A DNA stretch of 32,956 nt from Hydrogenophaga sp. (lineage in GTDB: Bacteria; Pseudomonadota; Gammaproteobacteria; Burkholderiales; Burkholderiaceae_C): assembly GCF_041633695.1 (NCBI RefSeq), contig NZ_JBFJMY010000001.1:1-32956 (forward strand), written 5' to 3'. The translations under genes and the position numbers were made by a program. Shown piece after piece: positions 26,892 through 32,956 of the stretch. Positions within the stretch are counted from its first letter, which is position 1, and each line of letters begins with the position of its first letter. The notes under the pieces were generated by a model. It did not search any database. It saw nothing but the letters and a program-made list of their open reading frames with translations, and was not told the DNA's origin.

Positions 26892-28781
26892 TCAGTTCGC
26901 CCGGCCCGGCTGGTAGCGGAACTTCAAATAGTTCTGGGCGTCGCCCAGAATCAGAAAGGCATCGCGCAGGCTCTTGCGCTCGAAGGCCGAGAGCTTGTCG
27001 GGTTCGATGCTGTTGTCGGGCTCCAGACCGGCGGCCAGGTCGTTGGCCTGGTTGCGGATGCGCACGGTGGAGATGAACTCCAGGGTGTCGTGGATGTCTT
27101 GCCCGCGTCCGGGCGGCAAGATGCCCGCCGCGATCACGTCCTGCAAGCGGTCGAACGAGTTCTGCGCCGTGGAACCCACGGCCAGCGCGTGCACGCGGAT
27201 CAGATCGACCATGGGCGCGGTGCCGCGCCGCTTGAGGTTGATCGCCTGGCTGTGGCGGCCATCGGCCTCCACCACAAAGTCCTTGAAAAAACCCAGCGGT
27301 GGCGTGCGCAGCAAAGCATTGCGTGCCATGCAGGCCAGAAAGCGCGAATGGGTCTGGCCCTTTCGGGCCACCAGGCGGCGCAGCTTCTCGGCCCATTCGG
27401 TCTGGCCCCAGACACCGTCCAGATCAAAAAAGATGTTGGCGCTCAACAGGGTTTCGGCCGTGGGCTGTTCGATCCACTGTGTGAAGCAGGCCTCCCATGC
27501 TTGGAGCGGCTGGCGCCAGCGGCTGTTGGTGGCCATGATGCCGCCGCTGCAGTAGGTGTAGCCGCAGCGCGCGAGACCGTCGCTCACAAAAGCCGCCAAC
27601 TCGCTGAAATAGGCGTCGTGCAAGGCCGGGTCGAAGCGGTTGTCCAGGATCAGCGCATTGTCCTGATCGGTCACCACCAGTTGCTCGTTGCGCGCCATGG
27701 AGCCCAGCGCCAGAAAACAGTAGGGCACGGGCGGCGGACCCAGCTGGGCTTCGGCCAGCTCCAGCAGGCGCTGCTTGAAGCTGCGCCCGATGAAGGCCAT
27801 GGCGCTGCCCACCATGCGCGAACTGGCGTCTTCGCGCACCATGCGCCCGAAACTGGCGCGCACATCGGCGGTGAGCGCGGCCAGTTCGTCCACCGACGCC
27901 TGGCGAAAAATGCTGCTGACCACAAACAGGCTGTTGCGCGATTCGTAGCGGATCACATCGGACAGCGCGACCACACCTATCGTCCGGTTCTTCTTCTGCA
28001 CCGGCAGGTGGTGCACGTTGTGGCGCAGCATGAGCAGCATGGCTTCAAACAGCAGTTGGTTGTGCTCCAGCGTCACCAGCCCCGAGGTCATGATGTCGGC
28101 CACAGGAATGTCGTAGTCCAGCCCTTGCGCCACCAGCCGGGTGCGAAGGTCGCGGTCGGTCACGATGCCGACCAGACCTCCCTGGGGGCTGGGCTCGTCA
28201 CCGGCGGGCGGCTCAGCGTCCACGATCAAGAGCGCAGAAACACCGGCCTCGGTCATGCGCTGGGCCGCCTCCCGCACGGTGGCGGTCTTCACCAGCGTCA
28301 CGGGCTCGCGGGTGATCAGGCTCTCCACCGAGGCCGACATCAGCTGGTTGGATTCTTCGCGCCGCGACACCACCTGGCGCAGCCGTGTACGGTCTTCGGT
28401 TTCGATCAGATCGGCGAAGCGCTCGTGGTTTTCGAACAGGTCCCCAAACACCGCTTCCGGGATCAGGTACAACAAAGTGTCTTCCAGCGCGGAAACCGGG
28501 AAACGCACCTTCTTGCGCTGCAGCAGACCGGCTTCGCCAAAGTAGCCGCCTTCGGTCAGCCGGTTGTACAAAGTGCCGTCGCGGCGAAACACCTCGACCG
28601 CACCGCTGCGCACCACGTGCCACACCGTCGCGGTCTGCCCAAATTCGATGATCTGGGTACCGGCTTTGAAATAGCGCACATCGACCGACTGCGCCACCTG
28701 GCGCAGCGTGTCTTCGGGCAATTCATTGAATGGGGGAAAGCGCTGCAGAAACTGCAGGATTTCCAGTTGCTCGTCCTGCAT
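26892..28781 (-). CDS. cNMP-binding / CBS pair / DUF294 nucleotidyltransferase / DUF294_C protein
   Basis: cNMP domain (VRSGAVEV, GGYFGE), CBS pair (GIVTDRDLR, HHLPV), NTase LGSMARNEQLVVTDQDNAL, CSGGIMATN, PPLGFF, NLKRRG. Confidence 0.92.
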   Translation of the reverse strand: MQDEQLEILQFLQRFPPFNELPEDTLRQVAQSVDVRYFKAGTQIIEFGQTATVWHVVRSGAVEVFRRDGTLYNRLTEGGYFGEAGLLQRKKVRFPVSALEDTLLYLIPEAVFGDLFENHERFADLIETEDRTRLRQVVSRREESNQLMSASVESLITREPVTLVKTATVREAAQRMTEAGVSALLIVDAEPPAGDEPSPQGGLVGIVTDRDLRTRLVAQGLDYDIPVADIMTSGLVTLEHNQLLFEAMLLMLRHNVHHLPVQKKNRTIGVVALSDVIRYESRNSLFVVSSIFRQASVDELAALTADVRASFGRMVREDASSRMVGSAMAFIGRSFKQRLLELAEAQLGPPPVPYCFLALGSMARNEQLVVTDQDNALILDNRFDPALHDAYFSELAAFVSDGLARCGYTYCSGGIMATNSRWRQPLQAWEACFTQWIEQPTAETLLSANIFFDLDGVWGQTEWAEKLRRLVARKGQTHSRFLACMARNALLRTPPLGFFKDFVVEADGRHSQAINLKRRGTAPMVDLIRVHALAVGSTAQNSFDRLQDVIAAGILPPGRGQDIHDTLEFISTVRIRNQANDLAAGLEPDNSIEPDKLSAFERKSLRDAFLILGDAQNYLKFRYQPGRAN

Positions 28782-28799
28782 GGAATTTCCGGTCTAGCA

Positions 28800-28825
28800 G
28801 ATCGCGGGCCGGCGGGCCCGCGATC
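28800..28825. other. Intercistronic 11-bp GC-rich hairpin between BCCT and DUF294 genes
   Basis: GATCGCGGGCC-GGCG-GGCCCGCGATC, with no U-tract. Confidence 0.6.
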
Positions 28826-28828
28826 CGA

Positions 28829-30460
28829 TCATGCGCCGCGCGGTTCCGAGGCCAGGCCTTTGATCACCGCCACCACCGCCACCAGCAATACGATGGTGAA
28901 CGGGAAGCCGGTGGACACGGCCATGGCCTGCAAGGCCACCAGACCACCGCCCAGGATCAGCGCAATCGCCACCAAGCCTTCAAACAGGCACCAGAACACC
29001 CGCTGCGGCGTGGGCGCATCGACCTTGCCGCCAGCGGCGATGACGTCGATCACCAGCGACCCGGAATCGGACGAGGTCACGAAAAACACCACCACCAGCA
29101 CGATGGCCAGGAAGGAGGTGATTTGCGCCAACGGCAGCACGTCCAGCATCTGGAAGATCTGCAGTGGCAGAGCGGCTTCGGCCACGGCCTTGTAGCCATC
29201 GTTGACAAGTTGCGAGATCGCCGTGCCACCAAACACCGTCATCCACAGCACGCAGGCCAGCGAGGGCACGATCAGCACCGAGACCAGGAACTCGCGCACG
29301 GTGCGGCCCCGCGAAACGCGGGCAATGAACATGCCGACGAACGGTGACCATGAGATCCACCAGGCCCAGTAGAAAGCGGTCCACCCTTGCGAGAAGTTGG
29401 CGTCTTCGCGGCCGACCGGGTTGGCCAGGGCAGGCAGGTATTCGATGTAGGCACCCAGGTTGGAGAAGAACCCCGTCATCAAGGCCAGCGTGGGCCCGAC
29501 GGCGATGACGAACACCAGCAGCAGTCCGGCCAGCACCATGTTGATTTCAGACAGGCGCTTGACGCCAGCGTCCAGCCCGGCCAGCACCGAGGTCAGCGCA
29601 ATGAGGGTGATGCCGATCACCAGCACGATCTGGGTGGTATTGCCCAGCGGAATGTCGAACAGGTAGTTCAAGCCCGCAGCGGCCTGCGAGGCGCCAAAAC
29701 CCAGCGACGTGGCCAGACCGAACATGGTGGCCAGCACGGCCAGAATGTCGATCACGTGGCCCGGCCAACCCCAGATGCGTTCGCCCAGCAGCGGGTAGAA
29801 CACCGAGCGGATGGTCAGCGGCAGGCCCTTGTTGAACGAGAACAGCGCCAGACCCAGCGCCAGAATGGCGTAGATCGCCCAGGGGTGCAGACCCCAGTGG
29901 AAGATGGTGGCGGCCATGGCCAGGCGCTGCGCGCCGACAGCGTCACCGGCGGCTGCGCCCAGGGGCGCCCAGTCGGTGCGCACACCGTTTTCCATCGCGG
30001 TGCCACCCATCGCGCTGCCGAAGTGCGACAAAGGCTCGGACACCCCGAAAAACATGAGGCCAATGCCCATGCCGGCGGCAAACAGCATGGAAAACCAGCC
30101 GAGGTAGGTGTAATCGGGTTTGGCCTCGGTACCGCCCAGGCGCACCTTGCCCAGCGGAGAAAGGATCAGACCGATACACACCAGCACGAAGATGTTGCCG
30201 GCACTGATGAAGAACCAGTCGAGGTTGGTGGTGAGCCAGCCGCGCAGGCTGGCAAACACCGGTTCCACCTGGGTCTGGAAGATCAAGGTCAACAGCACGA
30301 AGGTGATGATGGCAAGCGCCGAAATGGCGAACACCCGGTTGTGGATGTCCAGGCCCAGCGGCCCCAGGCTCACAACGATGTTGTCCTGACCGATCTTGTA
30401 GTCTGTGTTGATGGGGTTGACGCGCCCATGGGGCTTCATCGGGTCGTGTTTGTCGGTCAC
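28829..30460 (-). CDS. BCCT (betaine/carnitine/choline) family transporter
   Basis: WFSMLFAAGMGIGLMFFG, FHWGLHPWAIY, WTAFYWAWWISWSPFVGMFIARVSRGRT, FFVTSSDS. Start GTG 30460 after AAAGGA (or ATG 30466). Confidence 0.95.
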   Translation of the reverse strand: MTDKHDPMKPHGRVNPINTDYKIGQDNIVVSLGPLGLDIHNRVFAISALAIITFVLLTLIFQTQVEPVFASLRGWLTTNLDWFFISAGNIFVLVCIGLILSPLGKVRLGGTEAKPDYTYLGWFSMLFAAGMGIGLMFFGVSEPLSHFGSAMGGTAMENGVRTDWAPLGAAAGDAVGAQRLAMAATIFHWGLHPWAIYAILALGLALFSFNKGLPLTIRSVFYPLLGERIWGWPGHVIDILAVLATMFGLATSLGFGASQAAAGLNYLFDIPLGNTTQIVLVIGITLIALTSVLAGLDAGVKRLSEINMVLAGLLLVFVIAVGPTLALMTGFFSNLGAYIEYLPALANPVGREDANFSQGWTAFYWAWWISWSPFVGMFIARVSRGRTVREFLVSVLIVPSLACVLWMTVFGGTAISQLVNDGYKAVAEAALPLQIFQMLDVLPLAQITSFLAIVLVVVFFVTSSDSGSLVIDVIAAGGKVDAPTPQRVFWCLFEGLVAIALILGGGLVALQAMAVSTGFPFTIVLLVAVVAVIKGLASEPRGA

Positions 30461-30735
30461 AGGCATCCTTTCGCTCGCTGTCGGTCGTTGGCAGCCTGCG
30501 GTGGCGGCAAGCGCCCCGCGCGACCACCACGGGGTCCTTTTCAGACTAACACGCCCGTCAACCCCGTGGAAGCACGCATTCCCGCACCCGCCCAGTCCCA
30601 CAACGAGCTTGCGCGATAGAGGCCGCCCTGTTGCTCTCGGCCATGGCGGTCAATAGACCCACGGCGCCGTCCATCGCTTGCTCTTGTTCGGCAGCGCCAG
30701 GGTGGCTTCTAGGGCTGCGACGAAACGGTGCCACC

Positions 30736-31101
30736 TCAGGCCTGAGATTCGTCGAAACACGGGGCCAGCGAACGCACTTCCACCGTGGCCCATTGGGCAG
30801 CGGGACACTGCTGTGCGATCGCCACCGCTTCGTCCCGGTCCACGTTCTGGAGCAGGAAAAAGCCACCGATCATTTCCTTGGCTTCGGCAAACGGGCCATC
30901 GAGCAACTGGGGTTTGCCACCGGCCTGGCTCACCCGCACCGCCTGGGCTTGTGAACCCAGGGACTCCACCGCTTTGAGCTTGCCTTGTGCCTGCAGCGTT
31001 TCGCCAAAGCGCTGCATGCGCGCATACACCTCGCGGCCTTGTGCCTCGGTGCGGGTGGCACGCTGGCCGGTGGGTTCGATGATCAAGAGCATGTAAGACA
31101 T
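30736..31101 (-). CDS. Second YciI-related DGPF protein
   Basis: MSYMLLIIE…LLDGPFAEAKEMIGGFFL…CPAAQWATVEVR. Confidence 0.9.
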   Translation of the reverse strand: MSYMLLIIEPTGQRATRTEAQGREVYARMQRFGETLQAQGKLKAVESLGSQAQAVRVSQAGGKPQLLDGPFAEAKEMIGGFFLLQNVDRDEAVAIAQQCPAAQWATVEVRSLAPCFDESQA

Positions 31102-31291
31102 GGCATGGCCCCTCTGTGTCGGATCGACGTGTGCCGCCATGCTACACATGCGGGCGGACATGTCACGCGCGATGAAGCCAAGCGGGAATGGGAAAGGTGT
31201 TTTCCCTCGTTTTTGCGGATATCGCCTGGGCCCGTTCGGCGCTACAGTGGGCCAGGCCCATCTCGGGGAACCACCCACCAAATCCGCTGCC

Positions 31292-31720
31292 ATGGCCCTC
31301 CACGAACTCATCTACGTCAGCTTGGCCGTCCGAGAGATGGACACCTCGGATCTGAGCGCGTTGCTGGACGAATCCAGAGCCTTCAACGAGGCGCACGACA
31401 TCACGGGCATGCTGATCTACCACCGGCAGGAGTTCATGCAGTTGCTGGAAGGCGATGAGGCCGAGATCCTGGCGCTGTACGAAAAAATCCGCAAAGACGC
31501 ACGGCACCACGAGGTCATCAAGTACTGGGACGGGCCGATCAAGGCCCGCAGTTTTGCAGCCTGGTCCATGGCTTTCGTGGCACCGGAAGCGTCGGAGCTG
31601 CGAAAAAGGCCGGGCTATGAAGCGCTGCTGGAGCAGGGGCTGGCCGCTTCGCTGGGCGATTCAACCGGGCGCAGGCTGCTGGTCATGGTGCGCAAGGATT
31701 TTCTGCGCGCCGACGACTGA
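31292..31720 (+). CDS. Short BLUF-domain blue-light photoreceptor
   Basis: LIYVS (Tyr), SRAFN (Asn), ITGML, FMQLLEG (Gln), DARH, FAAWSMAF (Trp/Met); no output domain. Confidence 0.9.
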   Translation: MALHELIYVSLAVREMDTSDLSALLDESRAFNEAHDITGMLIYHRQEFMQLLEGDEAEILALYEKIRKDARHHEVIKYWDGPIKARSFAAWSMAFVAPEASELRKRPGYEALLEQGLAASLGDSTGRRLLVMVRKDFLRADD

Positions 31721-31875
31721 AGCGAAGCCGCGACGCAGCCACACCGCCACGGCCTCTGCGCCCGGGGTCCGTCCAGGCTACCGGCCCAACGGAGCGGTGG
31801 GCGCCCTGGAAAAAGGCCGCACGGGAGCCGCACCTGCAGGGCGCAGGCCAGAACCTAGAACCGCGCCTCTAATCG

Positions 31876-31948
31876 TGCTGCACCGCAACAAAACCACTTG
31901 CGATATCCGGGGTTTACCCTATACTGGGACCTATGCTGCACTGCAACA
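31876..31948 (+). promoter_or_regulatory. phaP promoter flanked by two PhaR/PhbF-type operators
   Basis: TGCTGCACCGCAACA (31876-90) and TGCTGCACTGCAACA (31934-48) surround TTGCGA-N16-TATACT (31898-31925). Confidence 0.7.
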
Positions 31949-32013
31949 TAAACAGTTTTCAGCAGCCGTAAACCTACCCAGTCACTGTCTGTCACCTACC
32001 TAAGGAAACCGAA

Positions 32014-32538
32014 ATGAACAACACCGTCGAACAATTCACCGCCACCCAAAAAGCCAACCTCCAGTCCATCGAAGGCATGAGCACCCAGGCCTTCGCCGGC
32101 GTGGAAAAGCTGGTTGAACTGAACATGGCCGCCTCCAAGGCCGCCATCAGCGAATCTTTCAGCCACATGCAGGCGCTCATGGGCGTCAAGGATGCCAAGG
32201 AGCTGATGGCTGTCCAAGCTGGCTTCTTCAAGCCCATGGCACAGAAATCCGCCGCCTACTTCCAGCATGTCCAGGGCATCGCCACCGGCGGTAGCGCGGA
32301 CTTCACCAAGACCATGGAAGCCAAAATGGCCGAAGCGCAGAAAGCCTTCGGCGCTGCGGTTGAGCAGCTGGCCAAGAACGCACCTGCAGGCAGCGAAGCG
32401 GCTGTTGCAGCTTTCAAAAACGCGCTGACCAGCAGCCAGACCGCCGTTGAGACGGCCCAGGCCACGATCAAGAAAGCGACCGAAGCGGCTCAGGCCAACT
32501 TCACCGCTGCGGCCAAGAAAGCCACTCAGGCAGCCTAA
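32014..32538 (+). CDS. phaP: Phasin (PHA granule-associated protein)
   Basis: QKANLQSIEG…AFAGVEKLVELN…AKNAPAGSEAAVA; Ala-rich; TAAGGA RBS. Confidence 0.92.
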   Translation: MNNTVEQFTATQKANLQSIEGMSTQAFAGVEKLVELNMAASKAAISESFSHMQALMGVKDAKELMAVQAGFFKPMAQKSAAYFQHVQGIATGGSADFTKTMEAKMAEAQKAFGAAVEQLAKNAPAGSEAAVAAFKNALTSSQTAVETAQATIKKATEAAQANFTAAAKKATQAA

Positions 32539-32558
32539 GACCTACGGGCCCTGGCGAT

Positions 32559-32590
32559 ACAACGGCACCTTCGGGTGCCGTTGTCGTTTC
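32559..32590 (+). terminator. Terminator hairpin after phaP
   Basis: ACAACGGCACC-TTCG-GGTGCCGTTGT (C-UUCG-G tetraloop) followed by CGTTTC. Confidence 0.7.
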
Positions 32591-32628
32591 TGAGCCAGGC
32601 CACTGCAGGTGGAAACGCTGGCCCTGCT

Positions 32629-32956
32629 TCAACGGGCCACGCCACCCCAGCGTCGGACCACGCCGCGCACCAGCAAAAAAGCCAGCGCCAACAGGCCAAA
32701 GCCCGCACCCGCGACGAAGGTAAACGCAGCACCGTGGCGGTCCCACAGCCAGCCGGCCGTGCCGCTGGCCAGCAGCAAGGCCAGCCCGCTCAACAAATTG
32801 AAGAAGCCGTAGGCGGTGCCACGCAAATCGGCGGGCGCGCTGCCCGCCACCATGGCCGCCAGCAAGCCTTGCGTCATGCCCATGTGCAGACCCCACAGCG
32901 CAATACCCAGCCAGACCCCGATGCCCTGGTTGCTGTAGGCTAGCACCACGTCGGCC
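32629..32956 (-). CDS. MFS transporter, C-terminal part; runs off the right edge
   Basis: GLHMGMTQGLLAAMVAGSAPADLRGTAYGFFNL…GWLWDRHG. Confidence 0.85.
   Translation of the reverse strand, partial: ADVVLAYSNQGIGVWLGIALWGLHMGMTQGLLAAMVAGSAPADLRGTAYGFFNLLSGLALLLASGTAGWLWDRHGAAFTFVAGAGFGLLALAFLLVRGVVRRWGGVAR

Noticed and set aside
26140-28781. NTase + nuclease pair as a CBASS or other anti-phage system, or as dnaQ
   Set aside because: The cNMP-CBS-DUF294 architecture and operon with a BCCT differ from CD-NTase loci, no Cap effectors are present, and the nuclease lacks the C-terminal alpha-binding tail of DnaQ.
1-32956. Mobile elements, prophage, CRISPR arrays, tRNA/rRNA
   Set aside because: No transposase, integrase or phage motifs, regularly spaced repeats or cloverleaf structures were recognised by eye.

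Overview
GC-rich betaproteobacterial (Comamonadaceae-like, e.g. Hydrogenophaga; inferred from gene order and protein style) chromosomal window with about 33 genes. I found no tRNA/rRNA, CRISPR array, transposase or integrase. Left part (1-6.5 kb) is core housekeeping: resB (partial), diheme cytochrome c4, engB/yihA, an epoxide-hydrolase-like enzyme, two lipid A acyltransferases and metK. The rest is accessory-looking: two PAS histidine kinases with no response regulator, SDR, GATase, a YebC paralog, methyltransferase, SRPBCC, cytochrome b561, MBL hydrolase, LysR/MFS pair and a secreted GlpQ with a Pho-box-like promoter. It also holds an ECF42-type sigma operon (DUF1428-GFA-VOC/VOC-YciI-SRPBCC-VOC-sigma) with a matching promoter, a BCCT transporter / cNMP-CBS-DUF294 nucleotidyltransferase / DEDDh exonuclease cassette, a second YciI, a short BLUF photoreceptor, a phasin with two PhaR-type boxes and a partial MFS. 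Best leads: (1) the BCCT-nucleotidyltransferase-exonuclease cassette as a candidate writer/eraser system controlling a transporter; (2) a Moco-riboswitch-like leader before resB; (3) a SAM-II-like leader before metK; (4) a two-VOC in-frame fusion that keeps an internal RBS; (5) a recurrent intergenic GGG-N4-CCC motif. All family calls come from motif recognition by eye, with no database search.
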